Of a stretch of DNA of 35,454 nt, positions 18,326 to 26,753 are shown piece after piece; position 1 is the first letter of the stretch; every line of letters begins with the position of its first letter. The notes beneath the pieces were generated by a model. It saw nothing but the letters and a program-made list of their open reading frames with translations, searched no databases and was not told the DNA's origin. The stretch comes from an uncultured cyanobacterium (lineage in GTDB: Bacteria > Cyanobacteriota > Cyanobacteriia > PCC-6307 > Cyanobiaceae): the NCBI GenBank assembly GCA_903862155.1, contig CAIOXF010000115.1, positions 1 to 35,454 of the forward strand. The letters are read 5' to 3'. Both the position numbers and the translations under genes were made by a program.

Positions 18326-19825
18326 CTAAGCCACCACCAGGGTTTCCCCCTGGCTTGCCAGCAGCTGGCGGCAAGCGGTGAGGGCCGAGAGGCTTACTCC
18401 GGCCGTGCCCTCACCCGGATAGATGCTGTCGCCGCAGAGCCAGAGGCCCGGCAGGGGGCTGCGGCTAGCCAGCCCAAAGGGCCCGAAGCGGCTGGGGTGT
18501 TGGCCCAAGCCACCCACGTAGCCGTAGGGCCGGCCCGTCCAGCGCTGGAAGCCTCGGGGTGTGGACAGCTCGGCGTGGAGCCAGTCGCCCGGCGCCAGCC
18601 CGAGCAGCTTGCCCAGACCGCGCTGCATCCCCTGCATGGCGCCGGATTTGGCCGCTTCGTAGGCGCTGGGCTCCAGTTCGAACCAGGGTTTGGCCGGATT
18701 GAACACACTGGCGATCACGCTGGCCTGGCCGGCCGGCGCCCGCCCATCGCCCTCGTGGCTCACCGACACGAACAGCGAGCCCGGATCGCTCCAGTCGAGC
18801 TGGAGATGGCTCGGGCAATCGGCGGGCAGGCGCTCGCGCGGCACGGCGCCATAGAGCACCAGCGCCCCTGACGGTTCGCCAAAGCTGGCGATGCGTTGGG
18901 CGTAACGGCTCGGCATGGCATCGCCCAGCAGTTGCGGCAGCTGCTGGGGCGGCACGGTGCACACCACATCCGCTGTCTCCAGCTCCAGCAGGCGGTTGCC
19001 GGGGCCGCGGCATTTCAGCTGCCAGCCCCCGTGGGGTAGCGGCCGCAGGGCCTCCACGCGCGTGCGCAGCTGCAGCTCCCCGCCCCAGTGGCTCAGCGCC
19101 GCTTCCAGCCGATTGCAGAGCTCCTGCATCGAGCCATGCAGATGCCAGAGCCCCAGCGGCGCTTGGGCCATGGCCAGCACCGTGACGCCGTAGAGCGCGG
19201 CGGTGCGATGGGCAGGTTCCTGGGAATAGAGCTTGAGCTGCAGGTCGAGAAAGCGGCGCAGGCGCCGGTCTGTGTTGCAGCCGCAGATCCGCAGCAGATC
19301 GGCCACGGTGCTCGCGGCCAGCAGGCCGCTGGCCAGGTTGGCCGGGGCCAGGGCCCCCAGCAGTTGGCCCAGATCCCAGAGGGTGCGGGGCGGCAGCACC
19401 GGATCGCGGCCCGCGAAGCCCCAGTTGGCCTGGTGAATGGCTTGGCACAGCCCCCAGAAGCGCTCGCTGCCTGGAAACTGCCGCTCCCGCTCAGCCCGCC
19501 AGCGCTGCGGATCGCGCCACAGATGGATCGGCGGGCTGCCATCGCCGAGGTGCACCACGCAACCCGGATCGAGGGGCGTGGCGGCTGGCGGCTCCACCTG
19601 CAGGTGGGCGAACAGGCGGGCGTGGCTGCCGCCCGGCTCCAGTCCGGCCACCTGGGTGGCACCCACATCAAAGGTGTAGGGGCCGCGCCGGAAGGTGCCG
19701 GCGCAGCCGCCGCTCTGGTGATGGGCTTCCAGCAGCAGCACGTTCCTGCCGGCGCGGGCCAGCAGCGCCGCCGCCGTGAGGCCGGCGATGCCGGCACCGA
19801 TCACCACCGCATCGGGGCGTTGCAT
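18326..19825 (-). CDS. FAD-dependent oxidoreductase of the phytoene-desaturase (CrtI) family, CrtD-like
   Basis: The start is at MQRPDAVVIGAGIAGLTAAALLARAG (dinucleotide-binding motif), followed by GGCAGTFRRGPYTFDVGATQVAGLEPGG, which resembles cyanobacterial CrtD-type proteins. The exact substrate is not inferable. The stop is 1 nt from the tyrA stop (convergent). Confidence 0.7.
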   Translation of the reverse strand: MQRPDAVVIGAGIAGLTAAALLARAGRNVLLLEAHHQSGGCAGTFRRGPYTFDVGATQVAGLEPGGSHARLFAHLQVEPPAATPLDPGCVVHLGDGSPPIHLWRDPQRWRAERERQFPGSERFWGLCQAIHQANWGFAGRDPVLPPRTLWDLGQLLGALAPANLASGLLAASTVADLLRICGCNTDRRLRRFLDLQLKLYSQEPAHRTAALYGVTVLAMAQAPLGLWHLHGSMQELCNRLEAALSHWGGELQLRTRVEALRPLPHGGWQLKCRGPGNRLLELETADVVCTVPPQQLPQLLGDAMPSRYAQRIASFGEPSGALVLYGAVPRERLPADCPSHLQLDWSDPGSLFVSVSHEGDGRAPAGQASVIASVFNPAKPWFELEPSAYEAAKSGAMQGMQRGLGKLLGLAPGDWLHAELSTPRGFQRWTGRPYGYVGGLGQHPSRFGPFGLASRSPLPGLWLCGDSIYPGEGTAGVSLSALTACRQLLASQGETLVVA

Positions 19826-20795
19826 GGCGGCATGCTGGCAGCCACGCTTCGCCAGCCGCGCCGTGGTTGCCCCCAGTGCCGCCCGCCTGAGTGCCTGGCT
19901 GGAGCCGCGGCTGCCGGGCCTGCTTGCCGCTGAATTGCCGGTGCGCCACCTCACCCCAGTGGGTGGCGGCTGCATTCACGCCGCCTGGCACCTGGAGCTC
20001 GCAGGCGGCGTCAGCCTGTTCGCCAAAACCAACCGTCCAGGTGCCCTGCCGATGCTGCAGGCCGAGGCCGATGGTCTGAAGGCCCTGGCGGAAGTGGCGG
20101 TTGGGGGGCTCACGATTCCCGCGCCGCTGGCCCTGGGCGAGTTCGACGGCCAGGCGCTGCTGGTGTTGCCCTGGCTGGAGCTGGATGGGCGCGGCAGCAG
20201 TGATGGCTGGCAGCGGCTGGGGGGTGATCTGGCCCGTCTGCACCGGGCTTCATTGCCGCTCAACCGGGGCCGGGGCTATGGCTTCGGGTCCGACAACTTC
20301 ATCGGCTCAGGCCCCCAGCCCAATGGCTGGCTGGCCAACTGGGGCACGTTCTTCGCCCAGCGCCGGCTGGCTCCCCAACTGGAGTTGCTGCGCCGCAGCG
20401 GCGTCCGGCTGGAGGGCAGTGATTGTTTGCTGGAGCAGGTGCCGGGCTGGCTTTCAGACCATGAGGCCCAGCCGGTGCTCGTGCACGGCGATCTGTGGAG
20501 CGGGAATGCCGGATTGCTCGAGGGTGGCGGCGGCGCGCTATTCGATCCCGCCGCGTACTGGGCCGACCGCGAAGTGGATCTGGCGATGGCCCGGCTGTTC
20601 GGGGGCTTTCCTGCGGCCTTCTTTGCGGGCTATCAACAGGAATGGCCCCTGCCGCCTGGGGCCGAGGGCCGGGTGGAGCTCTACAACCTGTATCACTTGC
20701 TCAACCACGCCAACCTCTTTGACGGCGGGCCCGGCGGCAGCTACAGCCGCCAGGCCCAGGCCACGATCCAGAGGCTGTTGCGTGAATGGGGCTGA
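19824..20795 (+). CDS. Fructosamine/ketosamine kinase family protein
   Basis: It has VGGGCIHAAWHL, LHGDLWSGNAG, FDPAAYWADREVDLAM and LYNLYHLLNHANLFGG-like motifs. The start is uncertain: ATG 19824 (shares CATG with the divergent gene) or GTG 19863. The track start 19776 lies inside the neighbour. Confidence 0.8.
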   Translation: MAACWQPRFASRAVVAPSAARLSAWLEPRLPGLLAAELPVRHLTPVGGGCIHAAWHLELAGGVSLFAKTNRPGALPMLQAEADGLKALAEVAVGGLTIPAPLALGEFDGQALLVLPWLELDGRGSSDGWQRLGGDLARLHRASLPLNRGRGYGFGSDNFIGSGPQPNGWLANWGTFFAQRRLAPQLELLRRSGVRLEGSDCLLEQVPGWLSDHEAQPVLVHGDLWSGNAGLLEGGGGALFDPAAYWADREVDLAMARLFGGFPAAFFAGYQQEWPLPPGAEGRVELYNLYHLLNHANLFDGGPGGSYSRQAQATIQRLLREWG

Positions 20796-20818
20796 GCGCA
20801 GATCAGCCCCTTGAAGGG

Positions 20819-21223
20819 TTAGCCCAGATATTCCTTGCGCAGGTTCTGGATGCGGGCCACCACACCACTGCGCTTCTCGCTGGTGGTGAGGTTGTTCCAG
20901 CTCCACTGACCCACCACCACCAGGCCGAGCAGCTCCAGCAGGCCGGGCACGATCGGTAGCAGGTTGATGGTGTCGAGCACGCCCTTGATCAGGATCTGGG
21001 CCACGATCACCGCCACGATGATGCCGGTGGCCTTGCCGATCCGGCCCATCTGGTTCCAGTCCACCTGATCGAGGGTCTGGTTCACCTTGCCGATGATCTC
21101 GCTGTAGCGCTCGCTGAAGCTCACGCCGGATTCGGCGTTCTCCACGCCAGCGGTGGTGGCCGTGCTTTCGTTGGCCGGCTCGGTGGTGGCGTGGTCGAGC
21201 GTTTCAGTGGTGGTGTCGCTCAT
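20819..21223 (-). CDS. CAAD-domain thylakoid membrane protein (CurT/CURT1-like)
   Basis: The 134-aa product starts at MSDTTTE (ATG = complement of 21221-21223). It has an acidic N-terminus, then two hydrophobic helices (GIIVAVIVAQILIKG, LLELLGLVVVGQWSW) and a basic tail, the CAAD/CurT architecture. Confidence 0.65.
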   Translation of the reverse strand: MSDTTTETLDHATTEPANESTATTAGVENAESGVSFSERYSEIIGKVNQTLDQVDWNQMGRIGKATGIIVAVIVAQILIKGVLDTINLLPIVPGLLELLGLVVVGQWSWNNLTTSEKRSGVVARIQNLRKEYLG

Positions 21224-21266
21224 TGCGCCTGGTCCCCGGAACTGGAATGGCCAATAAGGTATCCGG

Positions 21267-21719
21267 GTGGCTTTCCAACCGCCAGAGCGGATCGTCGCCC
21301 GTGCGGAGCTGCTCACCGTGCTTGGGCAGTGGTGCCGTGCCGCCGCTCCGGAAGAAGCCTGTGCGCTGCTGATTGGCGCGCGGCACGGTGTGGAGTGGCG
21401 GCTGCAGCAGCTCTGGCCCTGCTGCAACGTGTGGCCGGATCCTTTTGAACGCAGCCATCGCTTCGCGATCGATCCAAGGGAGCAGCTGCAGGCTCAAAAG
21501 TGGGCCCGGGGCCGGAATTTGGAGCTGCTGGGCGCGGCCCACAGCCATCCCACGAGTGCGCCGCTGCCCTCCGCCCCCGACCTGGCTCTCACCGCGGCCC
21601 CGGCCCTGATGCTCATCTGGGGTTCATGGCAGCCGGATCGGGAGCCGGAGCCGCTGGTGTGGTGGCTGGAGGATCCGCCCGCCGCGCCGCGCCAGTTGGA
21701 ATGGAGAATGGAGCGCTGA
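21267..21719 (+). CDS. JAMM/MPN+ (Mov34) family metalloprotease
   Basis: The catalytic Glu context is EEACALLIG. The motif HSHPTSAPLPSAPD fits HxHx7Sx2D exactly. The start is GTG. Confidence 0.85.
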   Translation: MAFQPPERIVARAELLTVLGQWCRAAAPEEACALLIGARHGVEWRLQQLWPCCNVWPDPFERSHRFAIDPREQLQAQKWARGRNLELLGAAHSHPTSAPLPSAPDLALTAAPALMLIWGSWQPDREPEPLVWWLEDPPAAPRQLEWRMER

Positions 21720-21731
21720 CGGACGCTTTCC

Positions 21732-22904
21732 ATGCTTCCTCCCGACACCAGCGGCATCCAGCTGAGCCCTGATGAGGTGGCCCGCTTTGCCCGGCACCTG
21801 ATCTTGCCGGAGGTGGGCATGGAGGGCCAGAAGCGCCTCAAGGCGTCCTCCGTGCTGTGCGTGGGCACCGGCGGCCTGGGTTCTCCGCTCCTCCTTTATC
21901 TGGCGGCGGCGGGCGTGGGCCGCATCGGCATCGTCGATTTCGACGTGGTGGATCACTCCAATCTGCAGCGCCAGGTGATCCACGGCACCAGCTGGGTGGG
22001 CAAGCCCAAGATCGAATCCGCGAAGGCCCGGATCCTGGAGATCAACCCCCACTGCCAGGTGGATCTCTACGAAACGGCGCTCACCAGCGAGAACGCGCTG
22101 CAGATCATCGAGCCGTACGACATCGTCTGCGACGGCACCGACAACTTCCCCACGCGCTATCTCGTCAACGACGCCTGCGTGCTGCTGGGCAAGCCCAACG
22201 TGTACGGCTCGATCTTCCGGTTTGAAGGTCAGGCCACGGTGTTCAACCTGGATGCCGAAAGCCCCAACTACCGCGACCTCTTCCCCGAGCCGCCGCCGCC
22301 GGGCATGGTGCCCTCCTGCGCCGAGGGCGGTGTGGTGGGCGTGCTGCCCGGGATCATCGGCGTGATCCAGGCCACCGAGGCCGTGAAGATCATCACCGGC
22401 ATCGGCACCACCCTCAGCGGCCGGCTGCTGCTGTTCGATGCCCTTGGGATGAAGTTCCGCGAGCTGAAGCTGCGGCCCAACCCCGAGCGTCCGGTGATCG
22501 ACAAGCTGATCGACTACCAGGAGTTCTGCGGCGTGGGCGGTACCGCCCCGGGCCAGGAAGAGGCTGGCAGCGTGCCCAGCATCACCGTGGCCGAGCTCAA
22601 AACCGTGATTGACGGCCAGCTCGAAGACATCCTGCTGCTGGATGTGCGCAATCCCCCCGAGGCCGATATCGCCGTGATCCCTGGCTCCGTGTTGGTGCCC
22701 CTGGATCGCATTGAGAGCGGTGAGGCCATTGAAGATGTGCGCCGTCTGGCCGAGGGCAAGAAGCTCTACGTGCATTGCAAGCTGGGCGGCCGCAGCGCCA
22801 AGGCCCTGCTCGCCCTGGGCCGTCACGGCATCGAGGGCATCAACGTGAGCGGCGGCATCGATGCCTGGAGCGAGCACATTGATCCTGAGGTGCCCCGCTA
22901 CTGA
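21732..22904 (+). CDS. moeB: MoeB/ThiF-family E1-like adenylyltransferase fused to a C-terminal rhodanese domain (MoeZ type)
   Basis: RFARHLILPEVGMEGQKRLKASSVLCVGTGGLGSPLLLYLAAAGVG is the nucleotide-binding fold. PSCAEGGVVGVLPG is the E1 active region. The rhodanese loop is HCKLGGRS. Confidence 0.9.
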   Translation: MLPPDTSGIQLSPDEVARFARHLILPEVGMEGQKRLKASSVLCVGTGGLGSPLLLYLAAAGVGRIGIVDFDVVDHSNLQRQVIHGTSWVGKPKIESAKARILEINPHCQVDLYETALTSENALQIIEPYDIVCDGTDNFPTRYLVNDACVLLGKPNVYGSIFRFEGQATVFNLDAESPNYRDLFPEPPPPGMVPSCAEGGVVGVLPGIIGVIQATEAVKIITGIGTTLSGRLLLFDALGMKFRELKLRPNPERPVIDKLIDYQEFCGVGGTAPGQEEAGSVPSITVAELKTVIDGQLEDILLLDVRNPPEADIAVIPGSVLVPLDRIESGEAIEDVRRLAEGKKLYVHCKLGGRSAKALLALGRHGIEGINVSGGIDAWSEHIDPEVPRY

Positions 22905-22929
22905 GCCGCATCCGCGGGGTGGGGGTGGC

Positions 22930-24105
22930 TCAGTAATCCACTCCCCGCTTGAGATCCACGCCGCGTTCGGCGTAGTGCTTGTGGCACACCATCTCGGAGT
23001 GCACCGAGGCCAGATCGAAGTAGGCGGGGCGGTTCTTGCAGCGGCCGGTGAGGATCACCTCGGTTTCGGCCGGTTTGCGCAGCAGGGTCTGCACAATCGG
23101 TTCCACCGGCAGTAGCTCCAAGTCCACGGTGGGATTGATCTCATCGAGGATCACCGTTTTGTAGAGGCCGCTGGAGATTGCAGCGCGGGCGATTTCCCAG
23201 GCCCGCTCGGCTTCCACGTAATCGATCGGCTGCTGCTGGCCGCGCCACACGATGGCGTCGCGGCCGGAGCGGAGGTGATCCACCAGGTGGGGATAGCTCT
23301 CGCGTAGGGCGGCGATGGCTGCATCTTCCGTGTAACCGCTGCCGCCCTTGAGCCACTGCAGGATCAGCACCCGGTGGCTCTTGTCTTGGCTGATGCCTCG
23401 GCCGATGGCCTGCAGGCCCTTGCCCAGGGCACTGGTGCTCTTGCCCTTGCCCTCGCCCGTGTAGATCTCGATCCCATCGAGGCCCTGGGGCTGATCCTCG
23501 TCGTCGAGGCTGCCCTGGCGCCGGTGGGCGCGCATCTCCGAGTGCAGATCGGCCAGCTGCACCAGCTGGCGCGGGGCCCCCCGGCCGGTGCAGATCACCT
23601 CCATCCCGGGCGGTTTGGCGGCCAGGGTGCGGCACACCTCCTCGGTGTCGAGCAAGCCCAGATCGAGTACGGGGTTGAGCTCATCGAGCACCACCACTGA
23701 ATAGAGGTTGGAGGCGATGGCCCCCTTGGCGATGTCCCAGCCGCGCTGGGCCTCCTGCCGGTCGAACTTGGTGGCTTCTTCGGCGGTGAAGAACTCGCCC
23801 CTGCCAGTGCGCACCTGATCAATCAGGTGGGGGAAGCCCTGCTGCAGGGCTTCGATGGCGGAGTCTTCGTCGTAGGCGCGCCCGGGGCCCTTGAGGAAGC
23901 GCAGCAGCAGCACCCGGGTGCGCTTCTGCTCGCAGATCCCCAGGCCGATGGTGCGTAGCACCACCCCCAAGGCGGCCTGGCTCTTGCCCTTGCCGTCGCC
24001 GTCGTACACGTGCAGCTGCCCATGGGCGCGCTCGTCGCTGCCGGCCGCCGTGCGGATGCCGATGCCCCGGCCCGTTCCCCGCTGCGGCGTCTGGGTGCTG
24101 CTCAT
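22930..24105 (-). CDS. cobO: Tandem (internally duplicated) CobA/CobO/BtuR-family P-loop protein, cob(I)yrinic acid a,c-diamide adenosyltransferase-like
   Basis: There are two homologous halves, each with a P-loop (GDGKGKSQAALG and GEGKGKSTSALG) and an (V/I)LDE(L/I)NP motif. The second half ends with the canonical HSEMVCHKHYAERGVDLKRGVDY. Confidence 0.75.
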   Translation of the reverse strand: MSSTQTPQRGTGRGIGIRTAAGSDERAHGQLHVYDGDGKGKSQAALGVVLRTIGLGICEQKRTRVLLLRFLKGPGRAYDEDSAIEALQQGFPHLIDQVRTGRGEFFTAEEATKFDRQEAQRGWDIAKGAIASNLYSVVVLDELNPVLDLGLLDTEEVCRTLAAKPPGMEVICTGRGAPRQLVQLADLHSEMRAHRRQGSLDDEDQPQGLDGIEIYTGEGKGKSTSALGKGLQAIGRGISQDKSHRVLILQWLKGGSGYTEDAAIAALRESYPHLVDHLRSGRDAIVWRGQQQPIDYVEAERAWEIARAAISSGLYKTVILDEINPTVDLELLPVEPIVQTLLRKPAETEVILTGRCKNRPAYFDLASVHSEMVCHKHYAERGVDLKRGVDY

Positions 24106-24170
24106 GGGCGGATGCTACCGGCGCTGGCCGGTGCCGGATTGCCAGGATCAAAGCCGCGCATGCTTCCGCT

Positions 24171-25022
24171 GTGGCCTTCTCGTTGCTCGACAGCCTGCCG
24201 CCGGAGCTGGAGCGGGCCCTGGACCAGCTGCGGGCCGAAGTGGCGGCCCGGCCAGCGGTGGTGGTGGCCTATTCCGGCGGTGTCGATAGTGCCCTGGTGG
24301 CGGCCATCGCCGTAGAGCAGCTGGGCAGCAGGGCCCAGGCGATCACCGGCGTATCGCCTGCCCTAGCCCCCCATCTGCGCCAGGAGGCCAGCGACCAGGC
24401 CCGTTGGCTGGGCATCCACCACCGGGAGGTGCCCACGGCTGAGCTGGCGGATCCGGCCTACGCCGAGAACCCCGAGAACCGCTGCTACGCCTGCAAGCGT
24501 GAGCTCCACAGTGTGTTGGCGCCGATTGCGGCCGCGGCGGGCGGAGCTGCGGTGCTGGATGGGGTGAACCGCGACGACCTGGGCGACTATCGCCCCGGCA
24601 TCCAGGCGGCCCGCGAGCACGGGGTGCATTCACCCCTGGCCGACTGCGGCATCGACAAGGCCGGTGTGCGCCAGCTCTCGAAGGCCCTGGGCCTGCCCTG
24701 GTGGGACAAGCCCGCCAATCCCTGCCTGGCCTCCCGCTTCCCCTACGGCGAGCCGATCACCGCCCAGCGTTTGGTGCGGGTGGCGGCAGCGGAAGAGTGG
24801 CTGCGCCAGCGCGGGTTCCCTGAGCTGCGGGTGCGGAGCCAGGGCCAGACGGCCCGGATTGAATTGCCGGCGGCGCGGCTGGGGGATGCGCTGGAGCAGT
24901 GGCGTGACGCGGAGCAGCGCCAGGCGCTGGTGGAAGCCTTCCGCCAGCTGGGCTTCACGGCCGTGGGGCTGGATCTGGAGGGCCTGGTGAGCGGCAAGCT
25001 CAACCGCGAGCTGGCTTCCTGA
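24171..25022 (+). CDS. larE: LarE-family PP-loop ATP pyrophosphatase / sulfur transferase
   Basis: The PP-loop is VAYSGGVDSALV. It also has CYACKRELH and KPANPCLASRFPYGEPIT, with the C-terminal pattern LRVRSQGQTARIE typical of TIGR00268-type proteins. The start is GTG. Confidence 0.8.
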   Translation: MAFSLLDSLPPELERALDQLRAEVAARPAVVVAYSGGVDSALVAAIAVEQLGSRAQAITGVSPALAPHLRQEASDQARWLGIHHREVPTAELADPAYAENPENRCYACKRELHSVLAPIAAAAGGAAVLDGVNRDDLGDYRPGIQAAREHGVHSPLADCGIDKAGVRQLSKALGLPWWDKPANPCLASRFPYGEPITAQRLVRVAAAEEWLRQRGFPELRVRSQGQTARIELPAARLGDALEQWRDAEQRQALVEAFRQLGFTAVGLDLEGLVSGKLNRELAS

Positions 25023-25065
25023 GCCGGAAGTGCGTTCGGTGGTTGGTCAACGCTGCGGATGGGCA

Positions 25066-25093
25066 ACAAAAAAGCCCCCGGCTGGCGGGGGCT
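25066..25093 (-). terminator. Intrinsic terminator of speH
   Basis: On the minus strand the stem AGCCCCCG/CGGGGGCT (25073-25093) is followed by TTTTTGTTG, 35 nt after the speH stop. Confidence 0.8.
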
Positions 25094-25127
25094 CGTCGCG
25101 CTGATCGTGGCGGTCAGATCGGATCGA

Positions 25128-25616
25128 TCAGGCAACCAGAGCCGGTTCCCGTTCGCTTCCGGCGATGGCTGAAGGAGTTTCGCGGCGGAAACTGGTGAGT
25201 TTCTGACTGCTCGCGCCCAGTTCTTCGGCCAGCACCTGGCAGGCGCGCTCGGGCATGGTGTGGTCACCACAGGTGAACACGTCCACGGCGGCATAGCCCG
25301 ATTCGGGCCAGGTGTGGATCGAGATGTGAGATTCGGCCAACAGGGCCAGACCTGTGACGCCCTGCGGCTCGAAGCGGTGGGTGATCAGGTTGAGCAGGGT
25401 GGCACCAGCCCGTTTTGCAGCAGTGGTGATGGTGTCCCTGAGGAAAGCTTCGTCGTCGAGCTTGGAGCTTTCGCAGCCGTAGAGCTCGAGAATGCAGTGT
25501 TTGCCCACGGTGTCAGACACCGGCTGAGCAGAGGTGGAGAGGGTGGCGTCAGCTCCGTTCCATCCCGGGTTGGGGTGGAGGCAGGGCAGGGTCTGGGTCA
25601 TCGAATCCGACCGCAC
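25128..25616 (-). CDS. speH: S-adenosylmethionine decarboxylase proenzyme (pyruvoyl type, SpeH/SpeD class 1)
   Basis: The self-cleavage motif [14 protein letters not shown] is present, with VDVFTCG following. The start may be M1 (25616) or M6 (25601). Confidence 0.88.
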   Translation of the reverse strand: MRSDSMTQTLPCLHPNPGWNGADATLSTSAQPVSDTVGKHCILELYGCESSKLDDEAFLRDTITTAAKRAGATLLNLITHRFEPQGVTGLALLAESHISIHTWPESGYAAVDVFTCGDHTMPERACQVLAEELGASSQKLTSFRRETPSAIAGSEREPALVA

Positions 25617-25646
25617 AAGCCGACCACCATACGTGGTTTGCCTGTT

Positions 25647-26753
25647 TCAGTCGGCTTCGAGCCTCCCAGCGTGCATCTGCACCACCTGGCTGGCCTCGCG
25701 CCAACCGGGGCTGAACGCCTCCACATGGGTGGCACTCACCAGGCACTGGTGTTCCGTTCCCACCGCCTCCAGCAGCAGTTGCTGGCGGGTGGGGTCGAGT
25801 TCGGCGAGCACGTCGTCGAGCAGCAGCAGGGGCGGTTCGCCCACTACTTCGCCCACCAGCTCCAATTCCGCCAGCTTCAGGGCCAGCACCAGGGTGCGTT
25901 GCTGGCCGGCGGAGCCGTAGCGCCGCGCCGCATCACCGGCCAGCAGCAGGGCGATCTCGTCGCGGTGGGGGCCCACCGTGCACTGGCCCAGGCGCCGCTC
26001 TTCCGAACGCTGGGCCAGCAGCTGCTCCGCCAGGGCTGCCCGCCAGGGCTCCTCCGCTTCCTCGCCGTCGAGGCGGGTGCCGCTGCGGTAGCTGAGCTCC
26101 AGCGTTTCGTTGCCGCCGCCCAGGCGCTGCTGCCACTGCCGGGCCAGGGGTTCGAGCCGGCGCAGGGCCCGGGCCCGCCGGCGATGCAGCCGGGTGCCGA
26201 TCACCGCCATCTGCAGGTCGAAGGCATCCAGCAGCCCATCGAGCTGATGGCCCGCCAGGCCGCGGCGCAGCAGCTGGCTGCGTTGGCGCAGCAAACGCCC
26301 ATAGCGGCTGAGCAATTCGCCGTAGAGGGGCTCCAGTTGAAGCACCACCCGATCGAGCCACTGGCGCCGCACCGCGGGCTCGCCGCGCACCAGCTCCAGA
26401 TCCAGGGCGCTGAAGCCCACGCAGCGCAGGGAGCCCAGCAGGTCTAGCTGGCGCTCCAGTGGTTTGCCGTTGCGCTGGGCGCTGCGGCCGCCCATCCGGC
26501 GTAGCTCCAGCTGGAGCAGGTCGCCGCTGCTGGTGCGGGCCCGCACCAGGCTGGAGGGGTGGCCGTGGCGGATCAGATCCCGGTCGGAGCCGGTGCGGTG
26601 AGACCGCAGGCTGCCCAGCAATTCCACCGCCTCCAGCAGGTTCGACTTGCCCTCGCCGTTGCACCCCACCACCAGCAGCCTGGACGCCTCCAGGGCCAGC
26701 TCCAGCCGCTCGACGTTGCGGAACTGGTTCAGCTCCAGGCGTTCCAGCCGGAT
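25647..26753 (-). CDS. recF: DNA replication and repair protein RecF
   Basis: It has Walker [14 protein letters not shown], the signature-like [17 protein letters not shown] and Walker [14 protein letters not shown]. The track ORF starts at GTG 26672, but the conserved N-terminus [29 protein letters not shown] lies upstream in frame. I place the start at ATC 26753 (alternatives ATC 26765, CTG 26747); see findings. Confidence 0.85.
   Translation of the reverse strand: MRLERLELNQFRNVERLELALEASRLLVVGCNGEGKSNLLEAVELLGSLRSHRTGSDRDLIRHGHPSSLVRARTSSGDLLQLELRRMGGRSAQRNGKPLERQLDLLGSLRCVGFSALDLELVRGEPAVRRQWLDRVVLQLEPLYGELLSRYGRLLRQRSQLLRRGLAGHQLDGLLDAFDLQMAVIGTRLHRRRARALRRLEPLARQWQQRLGGGNETLELSYRSGTRLDGEEAEEPWRAALAEQLLAQRSEERRLGQCTVGPHRDEIALLLAGDAARRYGSAGQQRTLVLALKLAELELVGEVVGEPPLLLLDDVLAELDPTRQQLLLEAVGTEHQCLVSATHVEAFSPGWREASQVVQMHAGRLEAD

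Noticed and set aside
21624-22877. 417-aa minus-strand ORF opposite moeB
   Set aside because: It is an antisense GC artefact, because moeB motifs fully explain the locus. The same reasoning applies to 25260..26447 (opposite speH/recF), 29268..31136 (opposite ppc/gshA), 32112..33575 (opposite trpE), 10067..10927 (opposite ldpA), 13179..13811 (opposite the HAD gene) and 18465..19448 / 19088..19933 (at the CrtD-like gene).
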